Source of the DNA: an uncultured virus (IMG/VR IMGVR_UViG_3300037264_003342)
Lineage: Duplodnaviria > Heunggongvirae > Uroviricota > Caudoviricetes
Strand: one strand, 5' to 3'
Virus record (IMG/VR): IMGVR_UViG_3300037264_003342
DNA length: 22,714 nucleotides
A program made the translations under genes and the position numbers. Of the stretch, positions 7,852 through 15,241 are shown piece after piece. Under the pieces are notes generated by a model that searched no databases, was not told the origin of the DNA, and saw only the letters and a program-made list of their open reading frames with translations. Numbering within the stretch: the stretch's first letter is position 1; the number at the start of each line of letters is the position of its first letter.

Positions 7852-8667
7852 CTAGGTCGCTTCGGCCGGCGTCAGCATCGGCGAGCGTCGCTTGCGTCGA
7901 GTCAACGTGTAGCCGAGCCCTGCGACACCAACGGCCACGAGCAGGATGGCCCAAGGGCTCATGCCTTCTTCGACGACCGGCACTGGCGGCACGGGAACGG
8001 GCACGGGGGGCTTGCCGCCGTTAGTCTTGATCGGAATCGACACGCCTTTGGCGAGCGTCGTGAAGGTCTTCACGTCGACCATGGCCTCGGTCGGGCTCAC
8101 GCGATCGAACTGGGGCGAGAGCCCGCGAGCGCGAGCAGACTCACCCCATGCGCCGGCCGTCTTCGGGCCGAAGAGGCCGAAATCTTTCGCTCCAGGGCGA
8201 GGGATCGTCGTCGAACGCCAACCGAGGTTGATCAAGATCTTCTGCAGATCTGCGACGAGACGCTTCACAGGGCCGCTCTCGGGCACCGGCCCGATGGGCA
8301 CGTCATACGTGGGCTCGGACGGCAAGAGGCTCACGAGAGCGCTGAGCGCCGGAGCGTAGAACTCGCGCAGAGCGCCAGTGAGGCCGGTCGGAGCGATGCT
8401 CAAGGGGTCGGGAAGCCCACCTCTGTTCGGGTCGGCGAGGTAGAGCTTCGTGTACCGCTCCCAGTAGTCGTTGAGCAGACTCGCCCAGAGCGGCGGGATG
8501 GCGCTCTTCCAGGCGCGCGGCTCGAACACGTTCGTGTTCCAGTCGTCGGCGAGCTTGCCCCAGCCAGAGCTTCGCAAGCTCGCCGCCACGATGGCGTTGT
8601 TGAGCTTCGAGAAACCCGAGTCGGCCGTCTGACCGAGCTGGCCGAGGCTGCCAGAGGCTTGCAGCAT
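7852..8667 (-). CDS. Membrane-anchored protein with a peptidoglycan-binding (PG_binding_1-like) domain
   Basis: VADLQKILINLG...DFGLFGPKTAGA resembles the V..LQ..L...G...DG.FGP.T..A pattern; Pro-rich linker; C-terminal TM PWAILLVAVGVAGLGYTL then RRKRR. Confidence 0.7.
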   Translation of the reverse strand: MLQASGSLGQLGQTADSGFSKLNNAIVAASLRSSGWGKLADDWNTNVFEPRAWKSAIPPLWASLLNDYWERYTKLYLADPNRGGLPDPLSIAPTGLTGALREFYAPALSALVSLLPSEPTYDVPIGPVPESGPVKRLVADLQKILINLGWRSTTIPRPGAKDFGLFGPKTAGAWGESARARGLSPQFDRVSPTEAMVDVKTFTTLAKGVSIPIKTNGGKPPVPVPVPPVPVVEEGMSPWAILLVAVGVAGLGYTLTRRKRRSPMLTPAEAT

Positions 8668-8674
8668 GACGGAG

Positions 8675-8704
8675 ATCCTAGTCCGCGCTCGGGCTCGGGG
8701 TCAA
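8675..8704 (-). promoter_or_regulatory. sigma70-like promoter TTGACC-18-TAGGAT, probably leaderless for 7852-8667
   Basis: -35 at 8704-8699, -10 at 8680-8675; 7 nt separate the -10 from ATG 8667, with no Shine-Dalgarno. Confidence 0.6.
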
Positions 8705-8925
8705 GTGCTACGGCGTTCGGGTGTGAGAAGCCAGGTCGGAACCCGCCGGCCACGGCGCTTCTCGACCTTCAGGTAGTTCCCACCGTTGTAGACGATCGTG
8801 CCGGCCCCGAGCACGGCGAGCAGCCCTCCAGCGACCGGGTATTCAGGCATGAGCTTTCCGCCGCCCCAGAGCATGAGTGGGCCGATGAGGAAAACGTCCC
8901 AGAGCCTGACCGTCTGCCCCTTCAC
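8701..8925 (-). CDS. Small two-TM membrane protein (74 aa)
   Basis: LWDVFLIGPLMLWGG and VAGGLLAVLGAGTIVYN hydrophobic segments, basic tail. Confidence 0.7.
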   Translation of the reverse strand: MKGQTVRLWDVFLIGPLMLWGGGKLMPEYPVAGGLLAVLGAGTIVYNGGNYLKVEKRRGRRVPTWLLTPERRST

Positions 8926-8938
8926 CCGTGGATCCGGT

Positions 8939-9706
8939 TCACAGGTTCGGCTTCTGCATCTCGATGTACGGCATGAAGGTCACGACCTTGCGACCAGGAG
9001 TGAGCAGCTTCGCTTGGATTGCGTCGCCTTTGTAGAGCTTCACACCGAGCAGAACATTGGAAAGCCGGTCGTACACTCCGGCTACCTGGAAGACGTCGGA
9101 GATCTCCAAGCTCTCTCCGCTTGCCTTGAGCAGCCTGAACCTCGTCTCGCTTGGTCCTCCAGCAGCGGTCGCAATTCCAGCTATCTGTGCCCCCTGATTA
9201 CCAAGGGGTACGTGAACGAGCGAATCGACGCTCGGACCAGGAAGCACGGTCACGTACTCGGTCGTGTCCACCACAGTACGTGGGCGCTTGAGCGGATCAC
9301 GAGGAAGATCAGCCGCTGATGCGAATGCATTGATCGCCGCACCCGGAGCGCTCGTTCCTTTGAGAACGATGTCGATATGCTCATCGTCGCTCATCAGCAC
9401 GGTGAAGTACGGAACAATCAGCGAATTTGGGCCAGGTCCACCTAAGCTGAACAGATCGAAAGTTCCTTCTGGTGTTACGAGGCGAAGTGCTACGTCGGAG
9501 CTTTCCGCCTGTCTGTTCGCAACGGCAACAACTGTCGACTGTTCGTCAACAGGCCCAAACGAGCTGCTGGGTTCACCCTGCAAAAGTCTCAGACGGCTTG
9601 GCGGCGGGCTCTCTACAAGAACCGCACTGACATCGCTCGGGACCGCCCCTACGAGCCTGAGCGAGTTTGAGTAGGGCCTCGCGTTTCCGATGCTGTGCCA
9701 CGTCAT
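8939..9706 (-). CDS. Two-domain beta-sandwich (jelly-roll-like) protein, paralogue of 7110-7835
   Basis: ATG 9706 lies just after the upstream TGA; MTWHSIG...; by-eye alignment with 7110-7835 over the full length. Confidence 0.7.
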   Translation of the reverse strand: MTWHSIGNARPYSNSLRLVGAVPSDVSAVLVESPPPSRLRLLQGEPSSSFGPVDEQSTVVAVANRQAESSDVALRLVTPEGTFDLFSLGGPGPNSLIVPYFTVLMSDDEHIDIVLKGTSAPGAAINAFASAADLPRDPLKRPRTVVDTTEYVTVLPGPSVDSLVHVPLGNQGAQIAGIATAAGGPSETRFRLLKASGESLEISDVFQVAGVYDRLSNVLLGVKLYKGDAIQAKLLTPGRKVVTFMPYIEMQKPNL

Positions 9707-9708
9707 CT

Positions 9709-10095
9709 TCAGGACACCCGCTCGGCCGAGACGTTCAGGACGTTCTTGTCGATGCCCTTGAGGTAGTTGAGGAGACACACTCTGGCTTCCTCCTTGATCG
9801 GCCCGAGAATGTCGTGCTTCCACGACGCGACGAACACCGCGACGATCGTCGACCCCGACATGGTGGCTCCTCCGGGTTTCGTTTTGACATCGGGGAAGGT
9901 TGGGCAGAGCGTGCCGCGCACGGCAAGAATCGAGTTGATCAGCGCATCCACGGCTTCTCCCGTGGGGCCCGTCTTCATCTGGATCCTGATGACGAGGTTC
10001 CCGAGCTTCTCCTGCGCTTCAGCTCGTTTCGTGTACCAGAGGAGCAAGGTGCCCGCGCCGAGCCACCAGAAGAGGTTGGGAATTTTGCGTGCCAT
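9709..10095 (-). CDS. N-terminally membrane-anchored protein
   Basis: AGGAG RBS; LFWWLGAGTLLLWY hydrophobic segment then soluble alpha/beta domain. Confidence 0.75.
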   Translation of the reverse strand: MARKIPNLFWWLGAGTLLLWYTKRAEAQEKLGNLVIRIQMKTGPTGEAVDALINSILAVRGTLCPTFPDVKTKPGGATMSGSTIVAVFVASWKHDILGPIKEEARVCLLNYLKGIDKNVLNVSAERVS

Positions 10096-10104
10096 GATGT
10101 TCTC

Positions 10105-10365
10105 CTACCTGCTCAATTTCTCGTAGTCCGACCGAGAAATGTTGTGAAGCCTTAGTCGCGAGCCAGGACGATCTGACTCAGGCTCTACCGACGCCAGCAC
10201 ACCCGTTCGGCGATCTTCGAGAGCGCTTTCCTCGGTCATGCTGATGACGTCTTTCCATGCCTGGTATGCTGCCTCAAAATTCACCGTGACCGTGGTGACG
10301 TGGCCCTTGTGCGTGACGAAGTAGACGTTCGGTTTTCCACCGTCTCCGACCATCTCGGTCGCCAA
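10105..10365 (-). CDS. Hypothetical protein (start uncertain: TTG 10365 or a downstream ATG)
   Basis: Globular-looking GGKPNVYFVT...SALEDRRTGVLASVEP; fills the gap in the - strand gene string. Confidence 0.6.
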   Translation of the reverse strand: MATEMVGDGGKPNVYFVTHKGHVTTVTVNFEAAYQAWKDVISMTEESALEDRRTGVLASVEPESDRPGSRLRLHNISRSDYEKLSR

Positions 10366-10393
10366 CTTGTCGAGCGCTCTGATCGCCTCGGAA

Positions 10394-10423
10394 AGCCTAC
10401 CTGAAGTGGCTCGTGCCTGTCTA
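10394..10423 (-). promoter_or_regulatory. sigma70-like promoter TAGACA-18-TAGGCT
   Basis: Located upstream of 10105-10365; same spacing and -10 type as the 8675 and 20154 promoters. Confidence 0.45.
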
Positions 10424-10603
10424 CGTTCCCACCTTCGACGTGCGGAGCGTGCGTAGCTCTTCGGTCACGCCCTGCAGCGCACTGAGGGCCCGCTCACGAT
10501 CCTCGACGGCCTTCTGCTCAAGCTCGCGCAGCTCTCGGTCAAGAGTGTCCGAGCGCTTCTTCTTGCGGGAGGGGAGGAACTTTCGGATGAAACCGTTCTT
10601 CAC
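10421..10603 (-). CDS. Small basic coiled-coil protein (60 aa)
   Basis: GTGA coupling to 10600-10851; RKKKR followed by heptad-like helix. Confidence 0.6.
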   Translation of the reverse strand: MKNGFIRKFLPSRKKKRSDTLDRELRELEQKAVEDRERALSALQGVTEELRTLRTSKVGT

Positions 10604-10851
10604 GACGTCTGCGAATTACGCCCCCGAAGGCCTTCGACCACGTCACGTAGTACATCCCTCGTCGCATAGGCAAGCTCCAGGTACTTCTCGGTTCCGCGCT
10701 GCAGATCTTGGGCCCGCTGCTCGCGCAGGCCCTTGGCGTCGTCGAGCGCCTCCTCGACAGACCGGAGCAGCCGCTCGCGGTCCCACAAGAGGTAGGCGAT
10801 GATGGAGTACGGACCCCCTTTGGTGACGAGATCGAGAATGAGGTCGGCCAC
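10600..10851 (-). CDS. Small protein with N-terminal hydrophobic segment and coiled coil; possible holin-like protein
   Basis: LILDLVTKGGPYSIIAYLLW then amphipathic helix; architecture resembles single-TM holin-like proteins (inference only). Confidence 0.55.
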   Translation of the reverse strand: MADLILDLVTKGGPYSIIAYLLWDRERLLRSVEEALDDAKGLREQRAQDLQRGTEKYLELAYATRDVLRDVVEGLRGRNSQTS

Positions 10852-10876
10852 CTAGCGTACTTTCCCGAGAGGGGTT

Positions 10877-10919
10877 CCACGCCCAGGGGGCGGCCGGAGC
10901 CGACCCCCCAGAGGCGTGG
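10877..10919 (-). promoter_or_regulatory. GC-rich 5'-UTR hairpin capped by a cUCCGg tetraloop
   Basis: CCACGCC (10877-83) pairs with GGCGTGG (10913-19); inner GGGGGCGGC/GCCGACCCCC; on the - strand the loop reads C-UCCG-G. Confidence 0.55.
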
Positions 10920-10929
10920 TTCCATGCCC

Positions 10930-10958
10930 AGAGTAGGGCACTTCGATCTCTGAGCCAA
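10930..10958 (-). promoter_or_regulatory. sigma70-like promoter TTGGCT-17-TACTCT
   Basis: In the divergent intergenic region, pointing through the hairpin to gene 10600-10851. Confidence 0.45.
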
Positions 10959-11019
10959 GCTCCCCTTGCAATCCCGCGAGGACTCGTACAGAGTGAGCTT
11001 GTTCCCCTGTAGGAACCTC

Positions 11020-11460
11020 GTGAGCAAGTCAGAACTCACTGTCAGGATTCAGGCCGAGCCCGAGCGCGGCATCGAGGGGAATCGCTTCCTCGCGAAACAG
11101 CAGTTCACAAGCGAGCTGTACTACGTCGTCGTGCTCGCCGATGGCGTGCCAGTGGGGCAGCAGAGCGTATTCCATCGCGGGTTTCGCTGGTGGGTCGACG
11201 ACTCGTTCATCGCGAAGGCTTATCGCGGCGGCGACGCGTTACGCGTGCTCCGAGAGACCGTCTGCCGGTTCGTCGCTGAGCGGAGCGACTACTACCTGGC
11301 GTCGATCGACTACGTAGTCGCCTCGCCAGAGAAGGTGCTCGATCGCCCTGCGCACCGAGAACTCGGCATCACCGTCGAGCCTCTTGCTTTGCGACGTAGC
11401 GCGGGGATATACCGCTACAACGTGAGCGCACTACGACCGGCTCTCCAAGCCACGGGGTAA
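11020..11460 (+). CDS. GNAT-like acetyltransferase-fold protein, cassette copy 1 (gene A1)
   Basis: AGGA RBS before GTG 11020; YVVVLADGVPVGQ...WWVDDSFIAKAYRGGDALRVLRE resembles GNAT beta2-beta4/motif A; paralogue of 12641-13078. Confidence 0.65.
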   Translation: MSKSELTVRIQAEPERGIEGNRFLAKQQFTSELYYVVVLADGVPVGQQSVFHRGFRWWVDDSFIAKAYRGGDALRVLRETVCRFVAERSDYYLASIDYVVASPEKVLDRPAHRELGITVEPLALRRSAGIYRYNVSALRPALQATG

Positions 11461-11463
11461 TCC

Positions 11464-12405
11464 ATGAACGAACCGCTACAGAAAAGAGCAGGCAACAACA
11501 TCGGCGTGAGCCCGGCCTTCTGGTCGGGCTACCAGCAGCACGTCGATGCGAACTTCCTCAAGCTCGAAAACACCGACACGGTGTTGTGGGAGGGCGTCGA
11601 GGGCTGCGTCCGGTGCCCCGGCGGAACGAAGCCGAAGAATCCGGGGATTCTGCTCACGAAGGATGCGACCCTCGGGAACATCGAAGTTCTCATCGTCTTC
11701 ATCGATCACCAGGGCAACGAGTTCGTGATCGGCGACGGTGGCATGCTGACAGGCGACGGCACTGGATTCATCTTCATCGACGGAGTGCCCGCCGGCAAGC
11801 TCGGGCTCGCGCCCTTCGGCCTGTGCCCCGGCGAAAAGATCGTCGCGCGAGTCGTCATCACGGGCATGCCGCCGAGCGTCCTTCCGAACGGCAAGGTCAT
11901 CATCGTTCCCTACACGAAGGACATCAAGTCGAAGGGCGGCGGCAAAGGCGGCCTCTCCGACGGTGGGGCGCTCTGCCAGCGTGCCCAGGTCGTCAACGGG
12001 GCCGGAGCCACGTTCGGGCCGAGAGCCGGAACGACGTGGGAAGAGCCTTCCTGGTTCGGCTCTACCGCAGGGGGCGGAGGTTTCGGCGGCGGGCTGATGA
12101 TCTCGAACGCCGACCCGACGGCCGACGCCGAACTCGTCGTCTGCTACGTCGCGCCGGACGGCACCGAGTTCCCGGTCGTTCCCGGTGGCGGCGTGGTCCT
12201 CGTGCCGCCGAAGGCGATCTTCAACGTGGCCGGGTTCTTCGGGTGGTTTGAACCACTCTCAGAACTCCGAAGCTACATCCAGTACCCGCAGAAGCTCCGA
12301 GTGAAGTTCGCTCCGGGAGAGCCAGTCCCCGCAGGCCGCGTCGAGGCTCTGCTCATGGTGCTCGAAAACGACATCGCGCCAGATCTCGTGGAGGTGGTAC
12401 CGTGA
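11464..12405 (+). CDS. Two-domain beta-sandwich protein, cassette copy 1 (gene B1)
   Basis: Internal duplication (IVFIDHQGNEF / VCYVAPDGTEF; LCPGEKIVARV / IQYPQKLRVKF) joined by GGGKGGLSDGG; paralogue of 13101-14048. Confidence 0.8.
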   Translation: MNEPLQKRAGNNIGVSPAFWSGYQQHVDANFLKLENTDTVLWEGVEGCVRCPGGTKPKNPGILLTKDATLGNIEVLIVFIDHQGNEFVIGDGGMLTGDGTGFIFIDGVPAGKLGLAPFGLCPGEKIVARVVITGMPPSVLPNGKVIIVPYTKDIKSKGGGKGGLSDGGALCQRAQVVNGAGATFGPRAGTTWEEPSWFGSTAGGGGFGGGLMISNADPTADAELVVCYVAPDGTEFPVVPGGGVVLVPPKAIFNVAGFFGWFEPLSELRSYIQYPQKLRVKFAPGEPVPAGRVEALLMVLENDIAPDLVEVVP

Positions 12406-12644
12406 GGCAATTCGATCCCCAGAAGCCGAACAAGGGCCGAGCGCTCCTGACGCTCCGCCAAGGCAAGAAGCTCAACACCGCACAGGCAGACCTCGAAGAG
12501 GCCTGTCGGTTCCTCTGCGCGGCCGGCTGCAGCTACCAGCGGTGTCGCGCAGAACTCCTCGCAGGGGGCTACACCGCTGCCGAGGCCGACGCGCTCTTGA
12601 ACTCCTGCTACCCGACGCTGCCGATCGTCCCGCCGCCTCCGTGA
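12402..12644 (+). CDS. Small Cys-rich helical protein ending CYPTLPIVPPPP, cassette copy 1 (gene C1)
   Basis: GGAGG RBS, GTGA couplings at both ends; C-x3-C-x3-C-x4-C...C; paralogue of 14053-14307. Confidence 0.8.
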   Translation: MRQFDPQKPNKGRALLTLRQGKKLNTAQADLEEACRFLCAAGCSYQRCRAELLAGGYTAAEADALLNSCYPTLPIVPPPP

Positions 12645-13078
12645 GCCCATCGCTCACAGTGAGGATTCAGGCCGAACCTGAACCCGCCATCGAGGGCAAC
12701 GAGTTCATCGCTCTGCAGCCTTTCGCAACCGAGGCCCACTACGTCATCGTGCTTGCCGATGGAGTCCCCGTCGCGCAGCAGAGCTTCTACCATCGCGGGT
12801 TCCGCTGGTGGGTCGACGACCTCTTCGTCGCGAAGGCCTACCGAGGAACCGACGTCATCCGCGTCTTGCGCGAGGCGACGCACCGAGCCGTCGCAGAACA
12901 CACGGACGTCTTTCGAGCCTACATCCGGTCGGAGGTAGCGACCTCGGAGCGCGTCTTGAACGATCCGATCAAGCGCAACGACGGCGTCGTGGTCACACTC
13001 GTGTCCCAGCGTCGAGGAGTTGCGCTCTACGAGTACGATGTGCGAAGCTTGCGACTGCCTCTAGCAGCCAGCGCATAG
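12641..13078 (+). CDS. GNAT-like acetyltransferase-fold protein, cassette copy 2 (gene A2)
   Basis: GTG overlaps C1 stop; LTVRIQAEPE..IEGN and HRGFRWWVDD.F.AKAYRG shared with A1. Confidence 0.7.
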   Translation: MSPSLTVRIQAEPEPAIEGNEFIALQPFATEAHYVIVLADGVPVAQQSFYHRGFRWWVDDLFVAKAYRGTDVIRVLREATHRAVAEHTDVFRAYIRSEVATSERVLNDPIKRNDGVVVTLVSQRRGVALYEYDVRSLRLPLAASA

Positions 13079-13100
13079 AAAACCGAGGGAGAGACGACAC

Positions 13101-14048
13101 ATGGCACCACCCAACAAACCACTCGAAAAGCGCGCCGGCCGCAACATCGGCCTGAGCCCCATCGGCGGCCCGCAGTCGGCGTACCAGCAGTACGTCGGCG
13201 CGCCCGTCCTCAAGCTCAACGACAACGACACGGTGCTCTGGGAAGGCGTCGCAGGCTCCGTGCGAGCTTTGCGCGGCACCCTGCCGAAGTTCTGTGGGCT
13301 CTTGCTCTCGAACGACGACACGCTCCACATCTGCCTCAACCTCATCTTCGTCGACAAGCAGGGCAACGAATTCGAGATCGGCTTCGGCGAACTGCCGGCT
13401 GGTGACGGTGTGGGATTTCTCGCCCTCTTTCTCGATTTCGGTCCCGTCAGCGAAGGCCTCTGGCCCTTCGTCCTCTGCGAGGGCGAGAAGGTCATCGCGC
13501 GGATCTTCGTCGGTGACGACTGCGTTCCCCCGAACGGCAAGGTCGTCGTCGTCCCCTACAGCAAGGACTACAAGATCAAGGGAGGCGGCAAGGGCGGCCT
13601 CTCCGACGGTGGAGTGCTCTGCCTGCGCGGCCAGGTTCCGCCCTCAGGCGGCCTCGTCTTGGGTCCACCCCCAGGCATCACCTGGGAGGAGCTGAACACC
13701 ATCGGCGGCATCGCAGGTGGTGGCGGAGCCTTCGGGGGATCTCATGTGAGCAACTCCTCGGTCGGCGGCCCTCCCGCCGAACTCGTGGCTTCCCTCATCG
13801 CTCCCGACGGCACCGAGTACGAAGCAGTGGAGTTCATTGCTCCCCCAGGCGAGATCACCAGCATCGAGGCCTCCATCTCCTTCACCTTCTTCCCGCTGCC
13901 GAGCCTCTTCGCGGCCGGCTACCTGCAGCACCCGGCCAAGATCAAGTACAAGTTCAAGACCGGCAGCCCGCTCCCGACGGGGCGCGTGGACATCCTCGGC
14001 CTCGTCGGCGAGAACGACGTCGCCCCCGACCTGACCCAGGAGGCATGA
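13101..14048 (+). CDS. Two-domain beta-sandwich protein, cassette copy 2 (gene B2)
   Basis: Shares PL.KRAG.NIG.SP, DTVLWEGV.G.VR, QGNEF, PNGKV..VPY.KD, GGGKGGLSDGG, APDGTE and END.APDL with B1. Confidence 0.8.
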   Translation: MAPPNKPLEKRAGRNIGLSPIGGPQSAYQQYVGAPVLKLNDNDTVLWEGVAGSVRALRGTLPKFCGLLLSNDDTLHICLNLIFVDKQGNEFEIGFGELPAGDGVGFLALFLDFGPVSEGLWPFVLCEGEKVIARIFVGDDCVPPNGKVVVVPYSKDYKIKGGGKGGLSDGGVLCLRGQVPPSGGLVLGPPPGITWEELNTIGGIAGGGGAFGGSHVSNSSVGGPPAELVASLIAPDGTEYEAVEFIAPPGEITSIEASISFTFFPLPSLFAAGYLQHPAKIKYKFKTGSPLPTGRVDILGLVGENDVAPDLTQEA

Positions 14049-14052
14049 GAAC

Positions 14053-14307
14053 ATGACGACCCACTTCATCGTATTCGATCCAGCGAAGCCGAACCAGCAG
14101 ATGGCTCTGCTCACGCTTCGCTACGCGAAGCCGAACAACACTCCGGCAGCAACCGTCACGGCGGCTTGCAGGTACCTCTGCGCGACGGGGTGCAACTACG
14201 AGAACTGCGTCAAGGCGCTCGTGGCCGGCGGCTACACGCAAGCCGAAGCCTTGGCCATGGTCACGGCCTGCTATCCGACGCTGCCGATCGTCCCGCCGCC
14301 GCCGTAG
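14053..14307 (+). CDS. Small Cys-rich helical protein ending CYPTLPIVPPPP, cassette copy 2 (gene C2)
   Basis: Shares FDP.KPN...ALLTLR, ACR.LCA.GC.Y..C...L.AGGYT.AEA and CYPTLPIVPPPP with C1. Confidence 0.8.
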   Translation: MTTHFIVFDPAKPNQQMALLTLRYAKPNNTPAATVTAACRYLCATGCNYENCVKALVAGGYTQAEALAMVTACYPTLPIVPPPP

Positions 14308-14337
14308 TCGTCGCTGCGCTCTGAAGCGCCGGAGCCG

Positions 14338-14616
14338 CTACACGCCTGAAGCTTCTGAGCCAACGCCCTGCAGCGTTGGGAGATGATCCAACACCGTATG
14401 GTTGCGCGGCATGTGCTCGTCGTGCTTTGGGTCTGCATTCTGCGCTCGATCGTCGCAAGGGCTGCAGACGAAAGCTTGGCAGCCGTAGCAGTAGTCGTAG
14501 CCGTCACAAACGGCGTCGCATAGCCCGCACGAGCCCGACATCGAGGCGCACCCGCAGAACTCTTTCGGGTCGTCGCAGCGCGGACAGCGCTCGATCTCGG
14601 CGGCAGGAGTGGTCAT
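14338..14616 (-). CDS. Cys-rich Zn-finger protein
   Basis: ATGA coupling; CPRC, CGC, CGLC, CYGC, CSPC and a later His. Confidence 0.65.
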   Translation of the reverse strand: MTTPAAEIERCPRCDDPKEFCGCASMSGSCGLCDAVCDGYDYCYGCQAFVCSPCDDRAQNADPKHDEHMPRNHTVLDHLPTLQGVGSEASGV

Positions 14617-14786
14617 CCGAACTTCTTCTTGTCGAGCGCCTTCTCGCGCTCGCGCACGAGCCGCGTGTACGTCTGATCGGGCAGGATGTCCTTGAGCTTC
14701 TTCGCAGCTCGCTGGTCACCCTGGTCGAAATGCCGAAGGAGGCCAAAGAAGGCGGTGACGGCTTCGATGATGGTCGCGAGGCTCAT
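14613..14786 (-). CDS. Small protein with N-terminal amphipathic/hydrophobic helix (57 aa)
   Basis: GGAGG RBS; ATG overlaps the lipoprotein stop; MSLATIIEAVTAFFGLLRHF then charged tail. Confidence 0.65.
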   Translation of the reverse strand: MSLATIIEAVTAFFGLLRHFDQGDQRAAKKLKDILPDQTYTRLVREREKALDKKKFG

Positions 14787-15241
14787 TGCAGACCTCCCGA
14801 ACACGTCAGGCCCTCGCTCAGCGCCAAGACCTTCGCGAGCGCCGCTGGGATCTTGAGCCCCCGCTCTTCGAGCACAGCCATGGCCTCGCGCAAGCTCTCG
14901 GCCACGCAGCCGAGCGCCTCGTCCCAGTGGCCGGCGTCCTTCGTGCGCTCGTAGCCGTCGAGAGCGACCTCGGCCGCCACGAGCGCTGCATGGGAGACTC
15001 GCAGAGCTGCTTCGAGCTTGTCGGCCGCCGCCTCCCAGTCGACCATCTTGGCGTCCTTCTCGGCCTGGGTGGTTGAGGACTCCCGAGCAGCGGTCGAGGC
15101 CAGCTCGTACGCCTCGCTGAAGCTCTTGTCGGATTGGACGGTGGCGTAGGCCGCCGTCGTGAGCGTAGTCCTCGCTACATCGGTCACAGAGCCGGCGCAG
15201 CCGGCAGCAAGGATGAACGGAAGTACGAGCGTGCGGGTCAT
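14783..15241 (-). CDS. All-helical lipoprotein
   Basis: ATG 15241 overlaps upstream TGA; signal MTRTLVLPFI plus lipobox LAAG-C; two further Cys. Confidence 0.7.
   Translation of the reverse strand: MTRTLVLPFILAAGCAGSVTDVARTTLTTAAYATVQSDKSFSEAYELASTAARESSTTQAEKDAKMVDWEAAADKLEAALRVSHAALVAAEVALDGYERTKDAGHWDEALGCVAESLREAMAVLEERGLKIPAALAKVLALSEGLTCSGGLQ

Noticed and set aside
10861..10940. tRNA or CRISPR repeat
   Set aside because: No cloverleaf, T-loop or CCA end, and no regularly spaced repeats seen anywhere in the window.
12606..14307. Near-identical DNA at the 3' ends of C1 and C2 as a DGR template/variable repeat pair
   Set aside because: Differences are synonymous C/T and T/G rather than adenine-specific, both copies are coding, and no reverse transcriptase is present in the window.
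10893..14337. 10-bp direct repeat GCCGGAGCCG flanking the + strand island as a target-site duplication or inversion site
   Set aside because: Short and GC-rich, so likely by chance; the left copy is part of the hairpin; no inverted repeats or recombinase gene were seen.
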